In this document: piece after piece, positions 40,001 to 54,000 of the stretch
How positions within the stretch are numbered: the stretch's first letter is position 1
Layout of the letters: the number at the start of each line of letters is the position of its first letter
From: Phoronis australis
Lineage: Eukaryota > Animalia > Phoronida
Length of the DNA: 64,000 nt
Assembly (NCBI GenBank): GCA_002633005.1
Contig: NMRA01000186.1
Location: forward strand, 62,001 to 126,000
Direction of reading: 5' to 3'
Translations under genes and position numbers: made by a program
The notes under the pieces: model-generated
Seen by the model: the letters and a program-made list of their open reading frames with translations, nothing else
Told to the model about the DNA's origin: nothing
Database searches by the model: none

Positions 40001-41992
40001 TGCTAAACGGGCTAACGTAACCTATGCTTTTAGCGAATAACAAGGCAACTGTGAAGAAAGACCAAACCCCCCTAGAACCATTGATAGTAAGTAAGTAAGT
40101 GGTAATACCCAATCTATGACATAGGGAATCTAAGTTTTCAGTAGATTCTTTCTTTTATCTTTCAAAATTGGCGTCAATGATGCATTAGCCGGTGACAGAA
40201 CAAGCATTGGTTGAAACCATCAAAATGGGTTGATGTACTGTCCTTTAAACTTTTCAAATCGTTAGTAACATCTATTTTAACAGACTTGAAATGAGTTTTC
40301 ACACTAAATTGTTGCAGATTGATAACAGTTATTGGGAATTGCATTTTGATCTAGTTGTAGTCAACAAGATTTTGTTAATAGGTTAATACTAAAACTAGGG
40401 TTTCGACCTGGTAAACACCCACCTTAGCAATGGCACGTTTCACGTTACAGAAGGTGTTGAACTCTCGGAACCAGTTGCGTATGAGAGCGCGTGGCAAGTC
40501 TGTCCACCAGGTGGTGCATTTGCCTGAGTTCATCATTCCGTGACCCGGTTGCTCACATAATTGCAAGAAGTGAGCAAGAATTTTGAACTGTTTCCCTTCA
40601 CTCTTCCCCTAAACACAGAAACATGCCGGTTCAACTATGGACGAAGTACACAAGTCACAAAAGACCATAGGGGTAAGTGGCAAAGTAACAAAATGAAACA
40701 AAGAAACAACGATTTGTGAGTCAAGTTGAGCCCCTCGAAAACCATTTTAATTGTCCACAGACACCAGATGTCCTGATTGTGTAGTAACTTGAGCACCAAA
40801 ATCTTGGAACGTCTCCTTACAACACAGTGTATCACAGCCAAAATTCAATTTCACCAAAACTAGAAGACAATTGAAATTAAACTTAAAGGTAAAAGAATTC
40901 CATAGGCTCATTAGCCCAGTAGAATTAAACATGATGCAAAAAGGTTCGAGGAAAAACTGGAAGTAAACTGTCATCGAATCATGAAGAAAACTACAGTCAC
41001 ACGGAATGGCTGGTCAATTTTTGCTGCTACATTTTTATTATTACCTTTCAAAAAAAAAAACGGACTTTTCCACCTATTTTGAAAACAACAAACAAAAGTT
41101 TGTACTTGAAAGAAAAGTATCGCCACTGGAGTTTTGACAGTTTCAAATTTCTGTAATGTCTTAGAGCCACAGTGCTTTGAACTACACCTAGCTAATGCTT
41201 ATTTACCTTATGAGCTGGCACTTCACAGTCGTACATTGTCTGAGCAAGGTGAGCTGCCAACTTTAGGAATGGCAGGCAGTACTCGGCTATAGACGTTTCC
41301 ACACATAGCGGTGACCAAACACTCTGACAGAACTGATCAATAGTAGACAAAATTAAAACGCATGAACGGTCACAAAAATACACAGCACAAGACTGTCCCA
41401 ATTAATATTTCAAACAGACTTCTAACATAAAACACTTAAGGTAGATAATTTTCATAACTTGTTAAAATTAAAATAAATTATTCCATCTTGCAATTTATAA
41501 CAGAAAGCACACAGTTCAATTCCTATCTTGGTCTGAAAAAACAAAAAAATCCTTCCAAATTCAAGTAATCAGGCCCTCTCTAATGTAAATTTGCTGAGCT
41601 AATTAAAATTTTGTAAATTCTGATAGCTAGATTGTAATTTACCAAGTCCCGTCTAACAAAACAAAACTAATATTAATTCAAAATAATCTTCTACCATTGT
41701 TCGAGTCCCTCTGAAATAAGTAATGACAATAACATCTTAACACACTTACACTAAAATCACTCGACTCTCGATCAATGTTGTCATAGAGATCAGTGAGTGC
41801 CAAGTTGCCAATGACAACACTGAGCAAACCCTCAGTAGAGGTCAACTCATTCTGTTGACCTCTGTCCTTCCATGATGACCTCTCACTCAGTGGGAGCTTG
41901 CAGCTGAGAGAAGCCAGACTTTGGACATACATCAAGTTGAACACTGCTTGCACTATACAGTCGAAATACTCTAAAAATTAATAATGATGATA

Positions 41993-42023
<31 letters not shown>

Positions 42024-45000
42024 GTTAGTGATTATAATTAAGTTGCATGAACATTTCACTCATTGTTTGAATGGTGTATGCAATGCAATAATAAGAATAT
42101 TTGCTGCCATAAAGTGAGCCTCTGAACATCTTGGAAAATGGAAACTTAGAAATTATATTAATTGTCCCATTTTGTAGATTGTTTAACCTATCTCACAGAT
42201 CAGGACCTGGGGTCATATCATTTTAATCGAGATCAAACTCAAAATTATTTCATTTTCTATTCTACTTCTGTGTGAACTCAAGGTGAGAGTCGATTATTCT
42301 ACGCTCAATTACAAAACGGCTGACATGAATAAATGTCCAATGCTTGTTTGCACTTAATCACCCCATCATTAAGGCTAAAAGTTTGGGTAAGAACTTAAAT
42401 TCCAAGTTTTTACTTGCCGTTTTGAGCTTGAAACTCGAGGTCATCAAATGAGGGCTAGAATATTTGTATAAACCATGATGTACTCGAGGTCATCAAATGA
42501 GGGCTAGAATATTTGTATAAACCATGATGTACTCGAGGTCATCAAATGAGGGCTAGAATATTTGTATAAACCATGATGTACTCGAGGTCATCAAATGAGG
42601 GCTAGAATATTTGTATAAACCATGACGTACTCGAGAACAAAATAGACACTTATCCCCAGTTTGCAAAAACTTAAGGTAGAATGAAAAATGGCAAAAAGAT
42701 TTTCAAGTTCAACTTCGAGTAGAAAGATTAGATCCCAGCCCAGGTCACCTGTTGCAAAGCCAGTCTGCTTCACAAACGTAAAACCATGGAAGCAATGTGC
42801 CATATAACATCGATTAACACTCAAACTTGAGCAATAATTACCATAGCAGTAAAAGGCATTGCAGTGAAATAAAAATTAATAGCTTACCCCGTTCAACACC
42901 AGGTGGCATGCTGAGCATCAGTTTGAGTAAAATGGCTATGGGATCCCTGAACATAAATGGCACTTCGTTTGTACTAGATGACACTGGGCTCTCTTCTGAC
43001 AAGCTGGAAAAGCAATGCGTCATTTTAAAGATTCACTCCTCGTTGCAAAGAATAGGATTTCAAGATAAGCAGGCCACGTTTTAGAAATTAAAAATTTCAA
43101 ACATTAATAGGTTTTCCAATCACAGTATTGAAGTGTTACTTAACTAAAAACACCTGAATTGATGGAGAACAACACTGCAGTTCTGGTCGGGGCAGAAATC
43201 ATTTCAGACTTATGTTCATTAGGTAACATGACGTGGCCAGCAGATAACATGTGGACCAGACTTAAAAATGTTTACAATCTATAATTGACCTTACGCCAGC
43301 AGAAGATCGCTCCGGCTATGATGTCACGTGATGCGGAAGTCCGACATCGGAGAATGGCTTAGTCAAGCAAGACTGATATTGATGCAGACTTTGGCGAACA
43401 TTATCTTCCCTATGAATCTCCCATGACAAAGACAAAAGGCAACAGCCTTCAGAAAAGGTTCCTACGGGAACGGGGTGAAGATTTCCGTCGAGAACACTTG
43501 ACGTAAAACGCCCGCGGATGTTTCAGAAGTCAGCACAAATCCCGCCTACGAGCCTCGTAGAGTTGACATCAGCGTCGACAAAAACTGCACGAATGCGATT
43601 AAAAATAACAGCAAAAATCCTTAATGAATAACAATTCTTCCCTCAAAGCAAAATAAATGTTTTACTAAAATATTTAGGGGATCAAGAAACCTACTGTCAG
43701 AGCTGTAACTGTAAGTTTAGCCGAGAATTTCGTGTCCAGTGATCGCCGATGGTCGAGCCGGCGCCGTGACAGAAACACGTAACAAGTCGAAATTCGGAGT
43801 TCCACATAACCATTCAAGTTTACATTTCAAAGGTAGTGATTTCGATGAAGCAACAACAGCCTAACCCGGTCAGTACTTAAGTGGTGACCGTGATTATGAC
43901 CTCTGAAGACAGACTAAACAAAGCACACTTGTCGACTGTGGACTGTTGCCAATCTGAGTTATATGCTACGTACATGTCAACCAGTGCGGGCACTGCGCAT
44001 TTACCCAGTAGTGCCAAAATGCTACGTATTTTCGGTAATTAACGTGCATTTTCTCTGATGTTCATAATAAAGTTTTCAATCCTTCGCTTTGGCTTTTACT
44101 GGCAATCTTTGTCGAGATAACAGCAGTCACGAGCCAGTCGACAGGGCCAAGATTGGAGTTACGAAGGAATAGGAATAGGCCTACAACAACACTCACAGTC
44201 AGTATAGATGTAAGAGCCTCTAATAGGTAAGTAGGTAGGCCTTAAATGCATTTTGACTCTTTTTTTTAATTGATTGACTATATTTTAGCTCGTTTTCGTC
44301 AGTGCTATGGAATGGTCATCGTCATGTATGCATGGTTATAATGAATCAGAAAGTGATCGCAGAGGCGGTGGGTCACACACTTAACAAAGACTGTAATCCA
44401 GAGCCAAAATTACAATATTGGGAAGAAATATTAAAATAGTGCATACCTTAGAACATACTTGTGTTTAGCTCTAGGTTAGGCTGCTCCTGCGGGAGTACAC
44501 ACAGTTTAAGTAATCCACCGTTTGCTCATTACAAATTTTACGTCACTTTTAGGCTTTGGAAAAGGCCAAAAATTGACAGGACTTTCATCTCTGTCGGTAT
44601 AACGACTGTCTGAATTACACACACCACAACAACACCTCTTGGCCATTTAAAATGAGCATTGTAGTTAAACGTGTTTTGTCCTACAGCCGCTGTTTGTCGG
44701 ACAGATGGCGACTTGAACTGCAGTCTGGAGGAATGTCCAGAATGCAGCATTCTGATTGGTCAATCACACCTGTCATTCATTTTCTGGCGTAAGGTCAATT
44801 TGCCTCGCAGGTTCAAAATTTTAAGTTATAATTATAATTTTAACCACATAAGTGGTAATAACGAATTATGTTTCTTAGCATGCTGAATTGCACAAAAAGA
44901 CCCATCAGCTGATCGGAATAATCATAGAATGAGGTTACAGTGGAAAATGGGGTTACTTAAAGTCGATTTGGCATAATATTAAGTAGTACTCACTCAGTAG

Positions 45001-48000
45001 AGATACCAGTCAGTTGTGACCATAGAACTGAGAGGGGAGATGTAGTAAGAGCAGTGGCATGCATGCCTAACACATGTAGCAAGGGCGCTGGAATAGCAAG
45101 GTGGCATCACTCAATATTATTATGTCATTTGGACAGATTATAAAGTCATAAAATATTAACTTTCAGACTGAGTATACATTGCCCGTGCCTTCATATTAAC
45201 CGCTGCTATGGTAACGGTAATTTAATTCCTGATAAAAACAGTAATAGAGATCTCATCATAATTTGATCCCCAGATCTTCCCGTTCCCGAGCCACTACTTT
45301 ACCACTGCGCCACTAGCACATTAGCGATCTTGAAGTCTTCTGAGGCTTTTTATGATATCGGAGCTCTGACGGCAATGTTGCTTTTTTTAAAGAATGATAA
45401 AAATCAACTACTTGATGAATGCAAACCTCCAACAAAGCATCACAGTTTCCGACATCACGTCATCGCAGATAAAAGTGTATTTCCAAAGGCTAAAATGATC
45501 ACTGACTTTCATTACACGTCATTTGCGTGGACTTAACTCGTGTACTCTGATCGTGCTGACACCCAGCTAGTGAAGGTACAACTTAATGATAATTGTCAAT
45601 AGTTTTGTATTAAAATGACCCTTCCCAATTAATATAATTGGTTGTTTGTCTATCAGTTCCAAGCATGACCTGCTGCTAAGTATCAACACAAAGCAGAGAG
45701 AGTTTACGACCATTTGACTGAGAGTCAATGATAAACGCCTTGAATACAATAAAAAACATAATATTGAGTTCAGACCTCAACATCAATGATTGTCAGGTCT
45801 CCAGATCCTCAGCACTCTAATCTTCGTGAGGTAAAGGCTGAGTCTAATTTCAGTCATATATCAAAGACAAGGATTGTCAGAAGACGCATCCACTCACATT
45901 TGGCACAAAGGAAGAGTTGCAAACTAAAATAACAAAGTCAACCCAAAACTCATGCTTACTCAACCTAATCTCATGTTATTCAAGAAGCATCGTGTTGTAA
46001 TTCAAGGGCAAATTGGTGAAACAATGAGAATTTTTTCAAGCATTTGTTGGAACACATAAATGATGGAGAATCGATCCATTTTGATTACAACTTTAACCTT
46101 GAACAGGACTGCTGACCCACCTATGCAGGACTTTTTAGTAACTGGTGATTCTTCAAACACATCATTCAGCAGCAGCTCCACTTCTAAATTATTCCTGAGA
46201 AAAAAGCACAATCATAATGACACAGTTAGCACTGTTTAGAATTACTCACACGTCCTGCTCTGTAAAGCCAACCTTGAACTTTAAAACGTGTCAATATAGT
46301 TCATTCAATTTGATAAAAGCACAACTCTGACCACACTGAAGTCATAAATTGTCAAATATAATGAACGGATAGGTTTGTAGCCTGGTTCTCATCTACGTCA
46401 CTGTGAGAATCCTGAGTAAATTTGAACACCTAATAAACAACTTGCATACTCATTAGTTTTACAGTCCATTAACTCTGCTACCAGCAGCAGATGTGTACTT
46501 CAACCGCAGGTATCAGTGAATGCACAACATTTCTGCTATTGGATCTTTTCTCACGTTAACGCAATATGTCGCAAAAAGGCTAGTTCAAGCATCATTTAAA
46601 CCGAGTGGTTTAATCGTGTTAACTTGATGCTAAGTAAGGTTATTTAGATAGTCCAACAGATTCAAAATATTGAAATATGCTTGAGGAGGGTTTAGGTATG
46701 ATTTGTAGAATGTTAAACTTGAGCTATTAATAAATAAATCAATTTTAAGACATGTTCTTAAGGCAGCTGTCTTCTTTCACTAACGCAGTACCAAGAGACT
46801 ACGCCACAAACCAAACGTTTCAAAGTAAATTCCGGAAAAGAGATAATTTCCACAAAGGTCACACATGCATCAGGTGAACACGATAAAAATCAAGGAATAT
46901 CATGATTTGAATGATTTAATCAATGCCAATGGATTCTGAAAGTTATATCAATGCAATACCTCAACTGTTATAAAGTAGCAATTACCTCGCCACAGAGCAG
47001 ATGAACAACTGGTCGGTCTCGGTTGTGTTTGTTTTGGAATAGGTCACGTACTTATCATAAGTGGCGTCCTTCATGCTTTTAACCATTCTCAATACGGCGG
47101 ACATCCATTCAGCTTGGTCCTGTACAATAAACAAACGAATCCCAGCCATCAATGAAGTCTGGACAATGAGCTCACTAGACCATGAGTAATTCGGTAATCA
47201 AACAACTTTTGTCAAATCTACAATTATAGTTTTCAAAATAAACAGGACAATGTCAAAATTTGATAAAGTTTTGGCGCACAAAGACACGACTAAATGTCCA
47301 TTTCATTTGAGCAGAATCCAATTCAATTCTAGTATAAATCTTGACAAAACCTCAATAACTGTTGCTCCAAGCATTGTTAAAATCTTGACAACTTACAACA
47401 TAAGTCTTGTCATAAACAATTAGAAGCTAAGCACAATAAAGTTACGTTCAACTCCAGACAAAAATGCTACAAAAATTTGACAACACATAGCGTGTTAGCT
47501 AAAGGGTGACTCAGAAAGTTGACAACATTTACCGTGCCAGCTACAGGGTGACTCAGAATGTTTGCCACTTGCTCAGCTCTACTAGCCAGTTCAGGCAGTG
47601 GCTGTGTGTGCTGGGACGTTCTGTTCTTGGGGAAAATGGGTAGCAGGGAGTTGGATAACTGGCGACAGAGAGGGCATCCATACTCTCCCTTAGAGACGTC
47701 AACAGAGGTCGGAGCGTGCGGCTGATTCTGAAATAGTTCAACAAACAGTTTGCATTAGACTTGCATTTATACAAAGCTGCCATTAATGTTAAATAGAAAA
47801 GCACAAGAAGCTGCATTACTCTTGAGACCAAACTGTACGACAATGTCAAATCAAAAGGTATAATTGTAATGGTTGGGACAGACTGTCTTATGCATTTACT
47901 CAAGACTCTTGAACATGAATGAGTCCATACAAAGACACTGAAAACAATCAATGATGCCCATTATTATATTATGAAGCAGTCCGCCCAACAAGTGCACTTC

Positions 48001-51000
48001 TTTAATAAATCCATGTAAGACTCAAGCCAGAGTAAGTGTACATAATGTCCACACAACTAAATATTTACTTGACTACCATGTCAATCTACCATACCTTTAG
48101 GGAATACAATCATGTAAGATTCTGGACAGTTAACTGTAAATAATGTCTACACGACTGGACATTAACTCAATCACGTCACTCTACACATACCTTAAGTGAA
48201 TCCATGTATGACTCGACTGGACATTAACTCTATCACGTCACTCTACACATACCTTAAGTGAATCCATGTATGACTCGTGACAGTGTAAGTGTAAATAATG
48301 TCCACATGACTGGACATTTACTCCACCATGCCACCCAATATTTGTTGACTGTAAACACGAAGCCTGGAATCAAGTAAAAGAATATGCTACGTAAGTTAAC
48401 ATGATCATAGTCCCCTTGGCCATGCCAGTAAAGCATGGTGAACATTACTTTGGTAATAAAAAGCTCCACGCTGTGCTAATTACATGTAGATCATGCCAAA
48501 AGCGGAGATTCTAAGTTAAGTGCAACAAATTAAGGTTGAACTGAGCAGTCAAGTCATACAAGGAGTCAGGGCTCCATTTACTTTACAGCGCATTCAGCAC
48601 ATATCACGAATTTTTGTTCGAACGGTCGGAAATCAGTCGACAACCGGTCATCTAGCCAACCAGCAGCCAGCCGACCAGCAAGGCTAAGAGAGAGAGGGAG
48701 AGAGAGATAGATAGATAGATTGTTTATTAGTACTTAAAGCTAATTGCAGTAGTTGGTATAGATGGCAATTTCATGACCAGATGTTCAATACATATATTCA
48801 TATTTATACATTTTGTTAGAGTTTCCTGTCTAATATCATAAGCATTCAATATAAGTAAGGATAGTCTTTTCAAAAGATTGCCAGAGTTTTTTGATATATG
48901 TATTTGGCGTTTTCGATGTCAGTATGCTGTCTAGATATTTCTGGTAAAAAACTCATTCTAATATCGTTACGGTCAGGGCAGTTAAGTAGTAAGTGAATTA
49001 ATTTCTGAGGGGTTGCAAATTTCACAAAGCCTCTCTTCCTTTGGAATGTCATGGTGCCTACCAGTTTCTATTTTCAATTGTTGTCCAGAGTACCTGAATT
49101 TGGCTAGAATTCCACTTAGAGTTGGTGGTAGACAGTAAAGGTTATTCTTCACAAGATAAATCTGTTTTGATAATAGAGTAAAATGAGCACTTGCTGGAGT
49201 TCCTCCATTCTTGGGCACCACAATCCAACAATCTTTGCTTAAATTCTGAATATATAAATAAATCAATGTTACCCGGTCCACTTATCCATACCTCCCTAAA
49301 CCCGTATCTGAATAAAATATCTTTAACTGCACTGGCCCAATTTGTTCGTCCTCTTTCACAGTCTTCCCGCAGCATCCAATAGTTTTTGTTTGGCTATCTG
49401 GGATTATTCATCTGTAGAATTTTGGTCCAGTAGATTATTGGTCTGCACAAGTATTTAAAAGGTAATAAATACCTGCTGCATTCTCCTCTGGCCATAACAT
49501 TACTTGTTTTCTTTGGGACACCAGCAACCCATTTACAGAAATCATTGTGAACACTTTCTATGTCTTTCGAATATACTGTGCCCACATCTCGGCACCATAT
49601 AACAATATAGGAAGTACCATACTATTTAAAACATACATGTGGGGAGCTAAACTTCACTTTGGTTAAACATGCTTTCAACATGTTCATTGCATTCTTTCTA
49701 CCAATTTCTTTGTAAAACCACTTTTGCTGTGCCGATAGAGTCCAACCTCGCTTGAAGACAACAATATTTGTTTTATCAAGATTAACACAAAGACTACAAT
49801 CCACACAATAATTGTGCAATACATTTAATTTTCTCTGAAGTCCAGACACAGTGTCAACCATAAGCACTAAATCATCTATCCAGCAAGGCTAAGAGCCTTC
49901 AGCTGAGTCACCTCTCCAGTCGGCAATTGGGTCGGCAAATTGGTCGCCTAGCTTAGACGACCAATTCAGACTATGTGTATCCTCAGTTGGTAATTATCAT
50001 TTTATGACTTTGTGTCAACAAGTGAACTTTGGCCATGCAAGGCATCGAACTGTTTCTTGTTCATTCTCTAGTGGCCACTCTAGTCTTGAACCCGCAGTTT
50101 ATCAATTTTCTCTCGACTATTTAACACAGTAAAACTGAACGAATTACGTGAAATTAGAACAAAGTAAAATGTTCTTAAATGTGCAATTATCCACAGCATG
50201 GTAAATCAAACGCTAAATGGTCTCGCACAAATATCAGCCGACCGGTCAGACAAAAATTCGTGATATGTATTGTATCATCTAAAATTACAGTCGTATAACT
50301 CACCGAATTAAGAAGTTACAAATAGGGGACAAATGCAAAGTGCATACCAAAACAAACCTTTTTACAGGTAGTGCTGCATAATACATAACAGCTCAGTAAA
50401 CAGTCTTGTCACATCATACAAAGAACAATAAATTATAGCACAATTTTACCATTTTGTGGCATTTTTACAAAATTTTAAAAAAACTTAGTGTGATTCATTA
50501 CCAAATACAAATTGATGCCTACCACCCAGTAATACACATCTACTATTATAGAACTACTGATATTACATCTACACACACCTCGTTAAAGTTTGCCATCAAT
50601 TGAGCAAGGTTCTCATCACACACTTGTCTACAAAGACGACCTTTATTTGAGTGCTGGTCATCAGCAGTGGCTAAGCTGGCCGTCTGTGGAGTCTGCTGCC
50701 GATGTCCAAGAACTATAAAGTAAGAATTATGCCCAGAATCACCATACTACCAAAAAGCTGATAGTTGAAAATACACATTCAGGATGGAATCCAATCACCA
50801 GCTACAACTAAATAATGGCCAGTTGTTTTACATGTATCTACACCATAAAGTTCAGCAAGCATTAGGTTGTAATCTCCATCGTCATTTTATCCAACAGGCA
50901 ATTCTCCATATGAACTGCATCACACAATAGCAGACTTGTGTACCACCAAAACTGCATTGGAGTACTCTGAACATCAGATTTTTCAGTAAATTTGCAGATT

Positions 51001-54000
51001 TACGCGTATAGAACAAATTTACCCAAAATATAAGGGGGTTTCAATTCTTCGCAGTGGACCTTTCACTAACTAAAAAAACGTTTGCTCATTGACAACGTTT
51101 TGGCTAAAATAATGATTTTACAATATTTTTCTAACTTTAAAATCTTCTTCCTCGTCTGTTTCGACTACAAATTGGCGTAATTATTAAGAAACGAGAGAAT
51201 TAATAATCTCATTTGAATTTGCGTATTTTTGCCTGGCCGCGCATACTTGGGTACTGGAGGCTTGATTTCCGTACAAATCCACATTTTTTGCGTATGGTAC
51301 ACAGGTCTGCAATAGCAATAACTGTAATCTTGGAAAGGACAATTTTAAAACCATGTTAAGCTGTCCAATGGATTATACAGATAGAAGAGCATTTAACCCA
51401 GATCTACATCTTTGTCCACCACAAATGACCTACCACCAGTAGCTTGCAACAGCACCACCATACCAAAGGGCTGCTGTCTCGTAGATGGCGTTGTCTGCCC
51501 ACAGATGGCGCAGTCGTACTCCTCTTGTATGAACTCATCTGCTACTTCAGTAGCACTAATACCCGCACCCAAGTCTTGACTGGTGGATGAAGCTGTAAGT
51601 ATCAATTTTACTAAACTGGCTCAGATTAATACTTTTATCAGAGAATGCGAAATTACTGCATGATGACATCAGCTGTTGTTAATCCACTAATCTTTGTAAA
51701 CACGCAGTCTAAATAGAACTACACCAAAACAACTCTCCCTCATGACATATATAGGAATGACACATATCAAGTAAACCTTCATAGCTCTCTCGATGAACTA
51801 GTCACTGCCCACCTCCCACCACCCTTGTTACTATCCACAATGACACAGCCACTATCACCAGCCTCCACATCTATTATCCTTTCTATAAACGAGACAAAAA
51901 AGCCTCCCCTTCACATAAAAGAAAACAAAACGCCATTTCTCCATCATAACGAACAATTCCGTCTGTTGATTTTTTTCCGACGCACTGCATCTGAAAAGGA
52001 CAGGTAATGACAAGTCATGATTAGCCATACTGGCTGTAAGCTTCTAATAATCTTCCAATGTCATTACACTGGTCATGCGCAGTGTCCAGGTGAAATACAA
52101 TAAGCTACTTCTTGTCAAGAACTTATCGTACACAACACTGTACTGTCTTTGCGTTGTGTGTCTGATGCCATTCTGAGAGCATGTCTTTGCGTTGTGTATC
52201 TGATGCCACTCTGAGAGCATGTCTTTGCGTTGTGTGTCTGATGCCACTCTGAGAGCATGTCTTTGCGTTGTGTGTCTGATGCCACTCTGAGAGCATGTCT
52301 TTGCGTTGTGTGTCTGATGCCACTCTGAGAGCAGCAAAACTTTGATAGCACATGCGCAGATGTGCCACCCTCTTATAAATAAGATGACACACACTTCCAT
52401 TACCCCAATCCACCACATTCTTCATAAACTAAACCATACCCACCTGGCCCTTCCCTTGATCAAAATTTTAATGAAACATTTCCTTTTCCCTCTCATAAAC
52501 TTGACCACACCCTGTTTTCCCTCTTTTCACATCCATCATCACATGAACAAAGCCAGAGGCCCACCCACTTTTACTCCCCTCCATATCCACAACCCCATAC
52601 ACAAAGCCAGAGGCCCACCCACTTTTACTCCCCTCCATATCCACAACCCCATAAACAAAGCCAGAGGCCCACCCACTTTTACTCCCCTCCATATCCACAA
52701 CCCCACAAACAAAGCCAGAACCACACCCACCTTCGCCTCCCTCCACTTCCATTGCCTTCTCCATAAATGCCTTCTGCTTGGCTGCGAACTGCTCCATCAG
52801 TCTACGCTGTTTCTCCCGTGCCTTACGTTTCTGCTCTTCCTTGTCATGTGCTGCCCCCTCTTGGCTCTCATGCGCTGCCTTCTTCTCTACCTTTGGAGCC
52901 AGACGTTCACATGTTTCCCGGATGTAGCTGGCACAGTCGCCACTCAGGCCGGCAAGCTTGTCCAACACCATACCGAAGAAATACGGGCCATCACCGACAC
53001 GGTTATTGGGATCAGACACATTTTTTCCCGGCACATAGGATGCAGTTTTGCCGGATAATTTATTGTGCAGTTTAATGAGTAAAGAGACAATACTTTCATT
53101 GACATCCACAACACTGGTATTGGCTGGACATGCACTCTGCTGTGATTGCAGCTCTGCACCATGATCAGTACAGTCAGACATATCAAGCATTTCGCTATCA
53201 CAGGCGTTAGTGTTAATGTATGAGGTCTGGCCAGCAGCAGACATTACCCTAGGATCTTCCTCCATTTTGCTGGTGGATTCGTTCTTTCCCAAATTTGGCG
53301 CCACTGATTTAGGTGTCCTTTCATATGACTTCAGCAGCGAACTTTGTAGAGAACTTTTCCATGTGACGTTTGGTGCACTAATTGATACACAAGGTTTCCA
53401 AGTCTTGGCTCTATTACTGTGAAGCTTGGGACCATTTGTAACTACAAGATAGCACAAACTACACCTATAGTAACTGTTTACAATCAGACAAGTTTCCGCA
53501 AAATAATATTTTTAGGACGGATAACAATTGCTAAGCAGATCATTTCTTTAACTTTTTGGTTACGTTAACTTAATAATTTTCTTTGGCATAAATCAAATTT
53601 TCCACAACAACAAATCTTGATTTCAATTTCCATAATTGGCATTACTCATTTTTTCCACAGAACCAATGACAAAGTCACTAAAACAAAATAACATTTCAAA
53701 TCTCACATGTACAAAACATTTAATGTTACTAACATGTCAATCATTGGCAACGTTTAATAATTCTGTCATCATCCTGTCAATAAATCCTGTGTACAATACA
53801 AATACCACAGATGCCCCTGACTACTATTTCTTTGATAGCCCCAGTTGTATATTGCCATGAGCTCCCTCATTGGATACACTAATGAAATCATGAAAACACC
53901 TTAGGTTTATCAGAGCAGCATTAAACCAGTGAGTTCTTTCTGTCACAAAACAAGTGTTCGCAGCACTCAGGAAAAGCGGACAATTCGCTACTTTTTCAGA

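Noticed and set aside
47553-47951. 132-aa ORF-track protein
   Set aside because: Wrong frame; the real exon (47533-47727) encodes CPLCRQ in another frame.
52342-53058. 238-aa plus-strand ORF
   Set aside because: Antisense shadow of the large UBR3 exon plus the 54-bp repeat.
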